Under the pieces are notes generated by a model, which saw nothing but the letters and a program-made list of their open reading frames with translations, was not told the origin of the DNA and did not search any database. DNA of 64,000 nt from Isurus oxyrinchus. Its lineage: Eukaryota. The DNA is taken from contig JANJGN010000027.1 in NCBI GenBank assembly GCA_026770705.1, positions 25,544,001 through 25,608,000 on the forward strand. The letters are read 5' to 3'. Position numbers and translations under genes: made by a program. Positions 47,965-60,216 of this stretch are shown in pieces (positions within the stretch are counted from its first letter, which is position 1; every line of letters starts with the position of its first letter).

Positions 47965-48396
47965 TGTAACAGTAGAGGATGTAGGCAGTCAAACGTTAGG
48001 GGAGGGAGTGGGGAAAGGATGAAGATAAAATATTACCGGGTGAGTCAGACTAACCGTCAGGAATTAGCGCTGAGACTCGGTAAACAAACATTTGCATAAT
48101 TTAGCGAATTATTTTTCATTGTGTTGAGTTTTCTCCGGTGTTTAATTGACTCCAGAGATCACGTTGACCTTTTTAAATGGAATGTTCTCATTCCCTTCAA
48201 TCATATTTACTTATTTATTCAATCATAGATATTCATTTTTGTGGCATTTTGCAAATGATCAAAGAATTGGTGAAGTCAATATGGGGAAGTTTCTAAATGC
48301 ACCTTCTGAAAACACACTTTCCCCAGGCAGTGGGCAGGGCCTCCCTGTGGAGTTCAGTCTTTGCCAAATTGCTCACAGACTTTCCACTGTTATTTG

Positions 48397-49103
48397 GGGC
48401 TGAATATGCCGCCGGTGAGCAGGTGGGGGGGGTGGGGGGCCACTCGCCAACACATAAAATGACACAAGATGATGTCGGGCGGAACCCCCGATGTCATTCT
48501 GCCCCATTTAAATTTTCAGGAAGGCGGGGACACAGCAAAATCAGCTGTGGGCCCGCCGACCTGTCAATGGCCAATTGGAGCCATTGACAGGATCAGTTAA
48601 CCAATTAAAGGACCTGCTCGTCCAATCTAAAGGCTGCCGGGCAGGACAGGAGCTCCGGCGGCAAATAGGAAAAATATGAAACCTCATCCACCGGCGGGAT
48701 GTGGTCTCATGTAGGGATTTAAGAAGTTAATTAAACTTATAATGTAAATTATGAACATGTCCCATCTCGTGTGACACTGTCACATGAGGGGGACATGTTA
48801 GGGAATTTTTTTATTTTTCTATTTTTTAATGTTCGAACAACTTTCAGAGATCTCCCTGAGGCCGCACTTAGCCTCAGGGAGATGTGTGCTCTTTCGTGTG
48901 CATGCGGGAAGGAGAGCACTCTCGCTTTTGGGGAATACCCTCCCCCGCCAGCACAGGGAGTGCATAGCGCTTCCTGCCGGGCGTCACGCTGGGTGGGCCT
49001 TAATTGGCCGCCCACATAAAATGGTGGCAGGGCCTGCTTCTCCAGTGGGGATCAGCTCTTTGCCCGCCGGAGATTGGGTCAGGCCTGCCAGAAAATTCTG
49101 CCC
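48397..49103 (+). mobile_element. Harbinger-type MITE (707 bp) with 3-bp TSD
   Basis: TIRs GGGCTGAAT and ATTCTGCCC. TTG flanks both sides (48394-96, 49104-06). It shares subterminal motifs with the other Harbinger copies. Confidence 0.88.
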
Positions 49104-49149
49104 TTGGTGTCGGAGCAGGTTTTGAGTTTTTAAGTTCACAAGACGTCAG

Positions 49150-49508
49150 TTATGGTCCAGTTTGTAGCCCACTTGAAGGTCAAGAATTCAGGTCTCACTC
49201 CAGAGACTTGAGTCCATAACCTGCAGTGCTGAGGGAGTGCTGCATTGTCTGTGGTGTCACCTTCTGGTTGCTCTTGCAGCCCCTGGGCTGGCAGTAACAG
49301 AGCCCATGGCAAATTCTTGTGAAGGGGAGTTTTCCCTGGTGTCCTGGTTAATATTCATAGTTAGAACAGGTGATTGGATCATTCTTTCTATATGGGAGCT
49401 TGCCATAACTGCCATGTTTTCCACACTACAACAGTGACGATATTTAAAGGACCTCATTTTGCTGTGAGCATTTTGGAATATCTTTGTGAAGGGTGCTATA
49501 GCAATGCA
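49150..49508 (+). mobile_element. DeuSINE (diverged)
   Basis: CAGTGCTGAGGGAGTGCTGCATTGTC core, GGGGAGTTTCCCTGGTGTCCTGG, tail GTGCTATAGCAATGCA. Confidence 0.75.
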
Positions 49509-49534
49509 GTTCCACATTACCACTTGGCAGCTGC

Positions 49535-50806
49535 CCGGAATGAATCCCGGACCTTGTTCGGAAGCTGTAGTCGAGGTAGCTGTGGGAGTCGGTAGGCTTG
49601 TAATGGATATTGTTGGACAGTCTATCACCAGAAATTGAGACAGAGAGGTCAAGGAAGGGAAGGCCTCCCTCCCAGAAACATGATAGGGTCCCCCTTGTCC
49701 TCACTTATCACCCCACCAGTCTCCACATTCAAAGGATCATCCTCCGCCACTTTCACCAACTCCAGCATGATGCCACCACCAAACACATCTTCCCTTCACC
49801 CCCCCTATCGGCATTCCGTAGGGATCGTTCCCTCCGGGACACCCTCGTCCACTCCTCCATCACCCCCTACTCCTCAACCCCCACCTATGGCACCACCCCA
49901 TGCAAACGCAAAAGATGCACCAGCTGCCCCTTCACTTCCTCTCTCCTCACCGTCCAAGGGCCCAAACACTCCTATTAAGTGAAGCAGCATTTCACTTGCA
50001 TTTCCCCCAACTTCGTCTACTGTTTTTGTTGCTCCCAATGCAGTCTCCTCTACATTGGAGAGACCAAACGTAAACTGGGCGACCGCTTTGCAGAACACCT
50101 GTGGTCTGTCCGCAAGAATGACCCAATCCTCCCTGTCGCTTGCCATTTTAACACTCCACCCTGCTCTCTTGCCCACATGTTTGTCCTTGGCCTGCTGCAT
50201 TGTTCCAGTGAAGCCCAACGCAAACTGGAGGAACAACACCTCATCTTCCGACTAGGCACCTTACAGCCTTCCGGACTGAATATTGAATTCAACAACTTTA
50301 GATCTTGAACTCCCTCCTCCATCCCCACCCCCTTTCCATTTCTTCTCCCTCTCTTTTGTTTTTCCAATAATTTATATAGATTTTCCTTTTCCCACCTATT
50401 TCCATTATTTTTAAATCTATACCTTTTATGCCCAGTTAGTCTTATTCCACCCCACCCCCACTAGAGCTGTACCTTGAGTGTCCTGCCATCCATTCTTAAT
50501 TAGCACATTCGTTTAGATAATATCACCTTCAACACCTCTTTTGTCTGTGACATCTTTTGATTATCTGCTCCTATCACTGCTTGCTTGTCCCTACAATCAC
50601 ACCTTCCCCCACCCCCCCACCCCTGACCTTAAACCAGCTTTTATTTCACCCCTCTCCTAATTTCACTCAGTTCTGTTGAAGGGTCATGAGGACTTGAAAC
50701 GTCAACTCTTTTCTTCTCCGCCGATGCTGCCAGACCTGCTGAGTTTTTCCAGGTAATTCTGTTTTTGTTTTGGATTTCCAGCATCCGCAGTTTTTTTGTT
50801 TTTATC
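49535..50806 (+). mobile_element. Penelope-like element with inverted 5' RT fragment, GIY-YIG domain and complete 3' end
   Basis: Minus strand 49560-49663 reads LPFLDLSVSISGDRLSNNIHYKPTDSHSYLDY (PLE RT C-terminus). Plus strand reads RVPLVLTYHP...FRRDRSLRDTLV...YIGETKRKLGDRFAEH...LGTLQPSGLN. Confidence 0.94.
50669..50707 (+). ncRNA. Minimal hammerhead ribozyme motif (variant core)
   Basis: AGTT-CTGTTGA-A-GGGTC-atgag-GACTT-GAAA-CGTC-AACT. Confidence 0.68.
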
Positions 50807-52031
50807 TCTGCTATAAAGGAGCATTCAGGGCCTCGCTGTCCGTCTGAATATTCAAGTCGAGGCAGCTTCTAGGCAAAGGGTGGTGTCCTTATTAATGAAG
50901 GGCTGAGCTTTTGTGCTGATATTGTAAATGTATCACATCACTCAACCTGTGTCCATATTTCAGCCACTAAACTGCTGCAATAATTCATAATCATCAACGT
51001 TTGGTTTAAAAAAAAGGACAAAATTAATGTATTTTGGGATCTTTGCCATGGATATGGGGTGACATTGAGCTGAGAGATTTATCTGAAAATGTCTCGCTCC
51101 CCAGAGTGTGAGAATTAACTGGCATTTGTTAGTTTTGGCCACAAGCCATTTAGCAGCGAGAGTGTGACAGGATTGAGGGCAGGCCTAGAGTAATGGTCAC
51201 AGCACATTGCAATGTATTAAATGCAGGACATTTAATAATGGAGAAATCCTTTTTACACCGTGTGTGATTTATTCCTTGCGAGTTCTCAGGTTCCTCTGTC
51301 TATGCCACTCAGTACATGTGTTTCTGTGAGTATTTGCCTCTGATTGTTACCCTGGTTGGGGGGAGTTGGCAGGAAAGAGAGATTTTAACAGTGGGAAGAA
51401 CGAGACCCCCAGAGCTTCAGCAAAATGTCGCAGCAGGAATTGCTATTGCTGGGGATGGGGAGCAGTCCCTCTCAGCCCACAGACATTGCTGGGAACAGAA
51501 TTCCCTCCTGGATTCAGCTCCTGCTAAGACCACCTGGTGGCAGGTTCTGCTGGGGGTGCTGCTCCAATTTAGAGACTAGCCCACCACTACCTGTGACCAG
51601 ATTGGGCGTTAACCCCTTGGGTGTTGGGTTCAACCAGCCAGACTCCCTCAAAATACTGGGAAAACTGGTACCAAATTCCTGCCTCTCCTGCTCGTCTCTT
51701 AATGGGATAATCCCAATGTTAAAATAGTGCAGAGCGGGGAGTTTGGTACAAATCTCTTGAACATTCTGATGAGAACATGAGTGATTGAAATACAACAGCA
51801 CCAGTCTCGAGTAGATGGGCTGAATGGCCTGTTTGTGTTTTCTGTAATTCTTATCATGTGAAAATAGAGGAGTAGGGCAGACAGCAACATAGCTCACTGA
51901 TAGCACAGAGCCTTACTCAACAGGGCAATGTCTGCCTAAAGGATTTCATTCTGACCATGTGATTTTCAAGATACTGCACCAAGCCAATCACAGGATATTG
52001 AAAGTGGGATTAGGTGAGCCAGCTGCTGGCA

Positions 52032-52132
52032 AAGCTGATGAAAGGTCACGATGCTGAAATACTAACTCTCTGTTTCTCTCCCCACAGATGCTGCCAGTGC
52101 TGTTGGCTGTTTCCAACATGGTGCTTTTTTAA
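52032..52132 (+). mobile_element. Old short PLE terminus beginning at a hammerhead core
   Basis: CTGATGA-AAGGTC..GAAA..TAACTCTCTGTTTCTCTCCCCACAGATGCTGCCAG. Confidence 0.7.
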
Positions 52133-52161
52133 TCATCAGCAAGATATAATAATTTTCATAA

Positions 52162-53010
52162 TGTTATTGGAATTTATTGTAAGATAGGAATACAGGAGTC
52201 TGGGTAGCGTGTGTCTCTGTGTGGGACTTAATTGAATTAAAGACAGCTGGTCTGAAGTCTTTGATGTATCAAAAGAGAAGCTAGGTTTGAAATATTAAAT
52301 AGGTAAACGTGGCTGAAGTTTTGGAATATGAGGTGTAAAGGGAAAATTAGAATTTTTTGATAAACCAGTGTAATTTGAATTTCAAAAGATGTGGTGTAAT
52401 GTTAGCCTTAATCAGAAGAAGCCAAACAGTGTATTTATTTTTCCTAAAGCTTACTGATAAAATTGGTACTATGGAAATTTTTATTATTAGAAAAGTAGGG
52501 TTGAAAAGACATGGTGGGACACTGGGATTTACATTAAAAAGGGGGAAACCTGTATAAAGGAGATGAGGTTATGTGTAAGAGGAAGGCATTCTAAGATCTA
52601 ACATGAAAAGCCTCCAGACACTAAGCATCGAGTTGCTGTCTACACAAACTGAAGTGAAGAAAACTCACTTTGAATTCAGCTGTTCAGTGTAAAATGTTAC
52701 TTTTCCTGGATCTTTTAAAATCTGTGTGTTTTACTGTTGCTTTAATGGAGGTGTAACTGGGAGCTAGATTAACTAGGGGAGCTAGGAGTTACCAAAGGTA
52801 ATTTGTAAATCTATGTATGTGCTTAAAGTCATTTTTTTATTAATAAACGTTTAATTTAGTTTTGTAAGAAACCTGTAAGACTCAGTGGTCTTATTATTAC
52901 CAAATCCAAGGCACACATCTCGAAATAAATGCAAATTGTAACATAGTTGTGGCAGTTGTTTCGAGTTTCCCTCTGGGATTCATTGCCTAATTGGTGTTAG
53001 CCCCACAGCC
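52162..53010 (+). mobile_element. Possible long solo LTR
   Basis: Starts TGTTA. AT-rich body with TATAAA (about 52553) and AATAAA (about 52842). The right end is not defined. Confidence 0.4.
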
Positions 53011-54649
53011 ACTGAATTTAATTTTGTATCTTTCTGTGGTGGGATCTCAATTTGCAACATCGGGCTTGGTTGAGTAGCGGAACACCTGCGAGCAACGTGT
53101 ACACCAAAGAAGAGCTCAGCATTTATCATCCACTGTGTCTTGATGTTTATATACATGCTATATGTATGTATATGTGGCTCTGCACGTGCTCAGTTTATGT
53201 ACAACTGTCTGTACCAGTTTGGGAGATATTACCGGTTGGTTTTTGTTGACCTGGGGAGAGGAGCTTTGGGTTTTAAAACCTCTCTCTCTCTCTCTGCAGC
53301 AATGAGTTTCATGGTCACATTGGGGAGATTGTTTGCCCTGTTATTTTGCCTTGTGTCGAGCATGTACAGCATTGTAAGCAGTTCCGTGCGATAACTCCTG
53401 CACCTGCTGCTGGTAAGAACAGCCTGAGTACCGTGCGTGTCCTATTTATTGGGTCACTTTGCTTTAGTGGACCGGGAACACTAAAGGAATAGAAGAATTA
53501 TGTTCAAACTGCATAAAACACACCATCAGCTCTGGTCATAGGACTGTGTAAATTGGAGGTCATGTGAAATGTGAAAAACAATGGGAGTAGACAGGGGAAA
53601 ATTGACTGGCGGTTCGGAATCCACTGCCAGAAAGAATGGGACAGGCGGAAACACTGGATGGGTTGTTAAAAGTACTAGAGCAGCATCTGAAATGCTAAAG
53701 GATAGAAGTGCGCAGAATGATGATGGTGAGAGGAGACACACAAACACAAACAACATTTGCATTCTGCAGTTTTGTGCTCCGCCTCCGCCAAGGCCTTAAT
53801 CCTGGGCCTCTTCACAACACTGCCACTCTGTTGCTGGGCAGATTAAGCAACTCCAAAGAAACATTACAACTAAAATGATAACTCATTCACATTCGCAAAG
53901 GCTGTTATTTAAGGGATGATAATGCACTTAAAAATCAATAAAAACGCATTTCAGCTGAAAGGGAAAGGGTATTAACATAATCAAGGGTTCAGAAACAGAA
54001 TCATATTAGAAATCTTTTAATTAACTGGCCAACTGAACAGATTCCTTCAAGATGCGTGTCAGAATCTAAATGTCAAATCATAATTGCTCCACAATTCCAG
54101 CCAAGTCCTTTGTGAAAACTCATTTAAAAATACATATGAATATATTTTCTTTGAGCTGCTGTGCTTGCAACTGCCAATATCCTCTTAATCGAGGAGACAA
54201 AAAGTGATTTTTCTGTTGTTATGTCACATATCAGGCCCACCCCCCACAGACAAATCCATTCCCCCTGCAGGGAAAGTTGGAACATATGGCAGCCATTCTG
54301 TGCAGAGCAAGATCCCACAAGACGTACAACAGCTCTACTTGTTTTGAAAGGGAAAGTTGGTTCAGAAAGTGCGTCAACTCTCCTCTCGTGTTCACATCGC
54401 TTGCTGGTGCTCAGGACATTTCCGCTACTCAACCAATCCTGATGTTGCAAATTGAAATCCCACCACAGAAAGATACAAATGATATTCAGTGGCTGTGAGC
54501 TAACACCAACTCCTGCCAACTGTGTCAGACATCCCCTGAAGGAGGGAACTTGTATGGCTTCCTCCACCCCAATTCAATCTGCTCTACATGTGGCCCAGTT
54601 CCATATTTGGGAACTGTTTGAATTTGAGCTATTGGTTTAGAGATGACAT

Positions 54650-54900
54650 CAGGCAGAATTCTCACTGTCCTTCAGAACTGTGCCATGGGGTTTTACCTGT
54701 GAGAGGACCTCAGTTAATGCCTCAGCTGAAAGACTGACCTCAGAGTGCAGCACTCCCACAGGAGCATTAGTCTGGCTTGGAGAGCTGATTCCATAATCAG
54801 GCACACACCGTGGGGAGCTGTACGCACAACCCCATTCCCTCCAAGGTGAGTCACTGGGGCTGCCTGATGTGTGAAAAGAGATGACTCTAACCAATAATTC
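54650..54900 (-). mobile_element. DeuSINE partial copy
   Basis: GTGCCATGGG..CACCTGTGAGAGGACCTCAGTTAA-like segment and GTGCAGCACTCCC (reverse-complemented core). Confidence 0.7.
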
Positions 54901-55203
54901 ACAGATAACGCTGCACTTGTGATCTTATAAATCACTGGCAGTTCAGGATGCGAACAGGCAAGGATCATTCTAGAAATTAAATGATCAAATTCCAAAGTGA
55001 GAGCATTGAAACAACCTCAGTGCTGAAAACAAAATTAAACAAGATCTTAAGACAATGGAATGTTGGTTAAACAAGGAAACAGAAAACAAGAACATATAAA
55101 AATGCAAAATTATCAAATGAGCCCTTTGCAATGATTTCATTGACACAGGAGAACATGTGTGGAGCCCATTGCTGCAATCTCACTTTAAAAAATATGTAAA
55201 CCA

Positions 55204-57448
55204 TGCAGACGTGTTATTGCAGAACCAGAATTCAAAGCACTATGTGACCAGCAGGCCTGTTGTTGTGTTGCCACTTGTTGTTGAGCTCTCCTGTAACGTG
55301 TATACATATTAGTTCTACTCTTCAAATAAATAGAAACCATTTCCAGTTTACCAATCCTGAGTGTGTGATTGGTGAGTTTGCCTAATGAGGCCAGAAATAC
55401 AACATGGTGGCTGCGTTGTGAGTGTGAAGACCACAGGCGGAGACGCAGACAGGAGTCGGTGCAACACAGGTTGCCTGCAGCAAAGGCCCTGGGGCAGAGT
55501 CTGTCTCCCTACATTACCTTACAGGCCCTCGAGTACCTCATTTGTGGGATTAGCCAGATGGGTGGCGAGTGGGACCAGCGACTGAGTTCACAGTCACACT
55601 GTGCAGCCGATTTGCAATTGGGCAGAAAAGCTACAGGGAGCATCGCAATGTCCTCGGGCGCCATTCCCACACCAAGTGAAAAAAGCCACAAAGCAGGAAG
55701 ACAGTTCCCACCAGGGACGGGTGTGGCAAAGACCAGAACGGCAGCCAAGAAAGGGAAGAGAATTTTTAAAAATGAAAACAACAGCTGCGTTGTTTAATAC
55801 CTCCAGAAAAGGCAGGGACTAGCAAGAAGGTGACGACCAAATTCCCCAGCATGAATCGCGAGGCCACAGAATTCCCACCCAAATATAGGCTTTTTCGGTT
55901 TATCAGGATCGGATAAACAAGCGGTGAAAATAAAGTGACAGTGGGTTGCATGGAGTCAACATCTGGGGCCTGTCTGAGGAGGAACCTGCCAAGCTGCGGA
56001 ACATGTTAGCGGATCAGCTTTGTGCGAAGGTGAACTTTAGAAGCGCTGTTTAAAGCTGACAGCTCACAGACAACAATTGATCAGTTCATCAGCAGCGAAA
56101 GGACAAGGACTGTGATTTGTAGAAACAGAGCTGCCTGAACAGATAATGGAGCTGGTTACAGCTGCGACACTAATCAAAGCCTTTCCAAAAAGAACATTCA
56201 GAATAAAATGAAGGACACCGATATTGACACATCACTTAAAGGCAGAAGAAAATATGAAGTCACTGTGACCGGAGAACAACGTCTGCAAAAACCAGCCGCA
56301 GAGCTGTCCTTTGTAAAGGTTGCGGTGGAAGAGGACAGTGGGTACACCAATGCAGAAAATCTGGTTCCAGAGGCGACCAGAGCTTACAACAAGATACAAC
56401 CAAACAAAAATCCTGTTCAGCAACAGGGAGTGTGTCAGAGACCCTCATAAACACAACAGGGAGTGTGTCAGAGACCCTCATAAACACAACAGGGAGTGTG
56501 TCAGAGACCCTCATAAACACAACAGGGAGTGTGTCAGAGACCCTCATAAACACAACAGGGAGTGTGTCAGAGACCCTCATAAACACAACAGGGAGTGTGT
56601 CAGAGACCCTCATAAACACAACTGGGAGTGTGTCAGAGACCCTCATAAACACAACAGGAAGTGTGTCAGAGACCCTCATAAACACAACAGGGAGTGTGTC
56701 AGAGACCCTCATAAACACAACAGGAAGTGTGTCAGAGACCCTCATAAACACAACAGGAAGTGTGTCAGAGACCCTCATAAACACAACAGGAAGTGTGTCA
56801 GAGACCCTCATAAACACAACAGGAAGTGTGTCAGAGACCCCCATAAAGATAACAGGGAGTGTGTCAGAGACCCTCATAAACACAACAGGAAGTGTGTCAG
56901 AGACCCTCATAAACACAACAGGGAGTGTGTCAGAGACCCCCATAAACACAGTTGTGGAAATTGTGGAAGACTAATCTGCGTGCTGATCATCCACAGGATG
57001 CCATTGCAGCTACAGGTCAAGAACACCAAACTGATGAGCCGAGACCTAAGCAAGGTTATACTGTCATGTGATCTGAAGGTTAGTCAGCCATCTGCACATT
57101 TATACAAACTCAAACTCTTAAAAGATGAACAGAGATCTGTCTTTTGCGTAAATAGTTTTTACAACCATCTTTTTGAGCATGTATATTTACTCTAACTGTA
57201 TTTGGAAAAAAATAGGATGTGGTAATATCGCTAAGAGAATATACAAATGGTGTACATGTGACCAGCAGGCTGTGTTGTGTGTGTGTGTGTGTGTGTTGTA
57301 TTCCTAGAGTAGATCTGTTTGTTCAGCTCTCCTGTAATGTGTCCACATATTAGTTCTAGTCTTCAAATAAATAGAATCTATTTCTAGTTTACCAAATCCT
57401 GTGTGTGTGAGAATGGCGAGTTTACATAAAGAAACCAGAAACACACCA
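55204..57448 (+). mobile_element. Internally deleted LTR retrotransposon with both LTRs (about 55204-55404 and 57218-57448)
   Basis: Direct repeats TGTGACCAGCAGG...AGCTCTCCTGTAA...CATATTAGTTCTA.TCTTCAAATAAATAGAA...CCAGAAA(T/C)ACA(A/C)CA. PBS-like TGGTGGCTGCG at 55405, PPT GGAAAAAAATAGGA before 57218, gag-like MLADQLC remnant. Confidence 0.85.
56421..56950. repeat. Minisatellite, 33-bp unit, about 16 copies
   Basis: Unit ACAACAGG(G/A)AGTGTGTCAGAGACCCTCATAAAC. Confidence 0.97.
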
Positions 57449-57609
57449 CCTAGACCCAGGAATGGTTATTAATCTGTGCTCATCTCCTTGAAAGAATTAT
57501 CAAACTATCCAGTTCAGACCACAATGTTATACAGCTTCATTCAAAGGCCCTTCAAATCCTGAATGACTTTCTCAAAAACTACACAGCAAGTCCAAATGAG
57601 GATGCATTT

Positions 57610-58230
57610 CAATATTTATATAGTGCCTTGAGTATAGACAGATATGCAAACATACTTCACTGTGGCACAAGGGACCTGGAGACCAAGTCCAAATGAGATT
57701 AGGAATGTTGGCCAAACACTTGGTCAAAGAGGCAGGCTGGGGTGAAGAGAGAAGGGTCTGCAGATGGTGAAGTCAACATGGTGAAGGCACAGCAGATAAA
57801 TGTGGGGTTAAAGATGGAAATGGATAGGTAAGATTAGAGTTAGAGGATTAGAGGTTACAGAGAGAGGGAAAGCCAAGTTCATGGAGGAATGTAAACAGAA
57901 GGACGATTGAGAGGCAATTGGAGTCAGTGAAAACAGGGATGACAGACAAGCAGGATATAAGCAGGAAAGGATTCCAGAGGGTGGAGTCTAAAGCTGACAA
58001 CTCTATGAATGAAGATTTCAGGAGGAGATGGATTGAGGTTGGACAGGAGAAAGGTTACAGTGCGTGGACTGATGCAGGAGCTTCAGTTTTACCAGTGGCA
58101 GGGCAGACAGGGGACAATAAAGAGGTCATCAGTGTCTGTGGGGAAGCTTTCCATTAATGTACAGGTGATGTTGCTAAGGGGCAGCATATAGATCAGGAAG
58201 AAGAGGAAAGAAACATTGGGTCATGGGAGG
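57610..58230 (-). mobile_element. Old L2 LINE fragment
   Basis: Minus strand reads LFFLIYMLPLSNI (L2 RT motif LFxIYMLPL) and a degenerate YADD (TDDL). Confidence 0.7.
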
Positions 58231-58671
58231 AGTGTGGTGTGTAATCAATGCAGATAGCACTGACTTCCTGTCTCCCGCCCAACCTGAAATTAACTACAGT
58301 ACTTTAAAGGACAAAACCATTTCACCTGACCAGACAGGTGAGCTGAGAAAGGCTGAAACCATTTCAGCATTTGGATAGACACTTGGTGAGAAAATCTGTG
58401 AAGGAACTTGAACTGTGTGTGTGCTTCTCGTCAACTCCAGGACTTCTCAGGTGGCCTTTTCAGCTCCTGTGTGGCACTAAGTCCCAACAACAACTCTTTT
58501 CTCATACACAAGGCACAGGTTTCTCTGCATCTCTCTCTCTCTGTGGTTTGGAAAACATACGAGCGATGAAATAAGTGGACTTGGTCTCTTCAATAAGCTG
58601 AGCTTTGAGCAAAGAGGAAAGTTTCCTTTATTTTGCTCTGGATTCTGTCCAGCTAACATCCCTGTGACTCA

Positions 58672-59074
58672 GGGAGACGGCGGCATAGTGATAATGTCAC
58701 TGGACTAGTGATCCAGAGGCCCAGGCTAATGCTCTGGGGATATGAGTTAAAACCCCATGATGGCAGCTGTTGGAGTTTAAACCTCAATTCGTAAAAATTC
58801 AGCTAATTCACAAAATAACTGGAATTGAAAGCTAGTCTCAGTAATGGTGACCACGAAACTATCATTGATAAAAACTCATCTGGTTCACTGGTGCCCTTAG
58901 GGAAGGGAATCTGTCATCCTCACCTGGTTTGGACTACATGTGACTCCAGGCCCACAGTATTGTGGTTGACTCTTAACTGCCTTCTGAAATGGCCTAGCAA
59001 GACACTCAGTTTAAGGGCAATTAGGAATGGACAACCAATGCTGGCCTGGCCGTGATGCCCACACCCCATGAAAT
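58672..59074 (+). mobile_element. tRNA-derived SINE, family B, full length
   Basis: GGCATAGTGATAATGTCACTGGACTAG head, B-box-like GAGTTAAAACCC, LINE-like tail. Confidence 0.88.
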
Positions 59075-59374
59075 GACAATGACCAGCTTAATCCCAATTT
59101 TTACAGCATATCGCTTGCTTGCTTCACATTGCGACTGGACTTCAGTGATTCAGCCAAAGAGATCCTAAAGAGGAGGTCATGTGTCTAGACCAACATTCCT
59201 CCCTTAGCCAACATCCCTAAATATACTTGTATTGGAGACAGGCAGTCATGTTGTATTGGCCACAGGACAGGGGTAAATCAACAGGGCCCAGTCTGATAAA
59301 GCAAATTGTTTCTTTCTCATTTTGGACTTAATGGTGATCTATTAATAAGAAAAGAAGAAAAAAAAACCTCTTGT

Positions 59375-59672
59375 GTTTATATAGTGCCTTTCATGACCAC
59401 TGGATGTCCCAAAGCATTTTTCAGCCAATGAAGCACTTTGGACGTGACATCACTGTGGCAATGCAGGAACTCACCGGTTAATCTGCACATAGCAAACTTC
59501 CACAAACAGTGATGGGAACAGGCAACCTGGTTTGTGACGTCAATTGAAGGATAAATATTGATCAGGACACCCGGGGATAGCTCCCCTGATGATCTTTGAA
59601 ATAGTACCATGGGATCTTTTACATCCAGACAGACAATGCCCCAGTTAAATGTCTCATCTGAAAGACAGGTGT
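59375..59672 (-). mobile_element. DeuSINE (3' part), with about 85 bp duplicated at 59780-59865
   Basis: TTTATATAGTGCCTTTCATGACC...CCATGGGATCTTTTACATCCA...AATGTCTCATCTGAAAGAC. Confidence 0.85.
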
Positions 59673-59881
59673 TGAAAAGGGTCACAGGTACTGTGACAGT
59701 CCTGTCCGCATACAATGTGAACCTATTAGTGATTTCAGCTACTTTTTGCTTAAAAAAAAACAGGAACTGTCCTCAAATACCGGTTAATTTGCACATAGCA
59801 AACTTCCACAAACAGTGATGGGAACAGGCAACCTGGTTTGTGACGTCAGTTGAAGGATAAATATTTGTGGGAATATTTAGA

Positions 59882-60216
59882 CGCTGAGAGATTGTTTCTG
59901 CTGGTCGGAGGAATCTAAAACACAGGGTCACAATCTCAGGATAAAGGGCTGATCATTTAGGACTGAGATGAGGAGAAATTTCTTCACTCAAAGGGTTGTG
60001 AATCTTTGGAATTCTCTACCCCAGGGGGTTGTGGATGCTCCAGCGTTGAATATATTTAAGACTGGGACAGACAGATTTTTGGTATCTCAGGGAATTACGG
60101 GATTTGGGAAGTGGGCAGGAGAATGGAGCTGATGCGGAAGATCAGCCATGATCGTATTGAATGGCACTGCAGGTTCCACGGGCTGAATGGACTACTCCCG
60201 CTCCTATTTCTTGTGT
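59882..60216 (+). mobile_element. CR1 3' fragment
   Basis: TTTAGGACTGAGATGAGGAGAAATTTCTTCACTCAAAGGGTTGTGAATCTTTGGAATTCTCTACC and tail GGGCTGAATGG. Confidence 0.9.

Noticed and set aside
56421-56950. CRISPR-like 33-bp repeat array (also 43396-43822 and 11654-12511)
   Set aside because: The units are head-to-tail with no unique spacers, there are no cas genes, and the context is eukaryotic.
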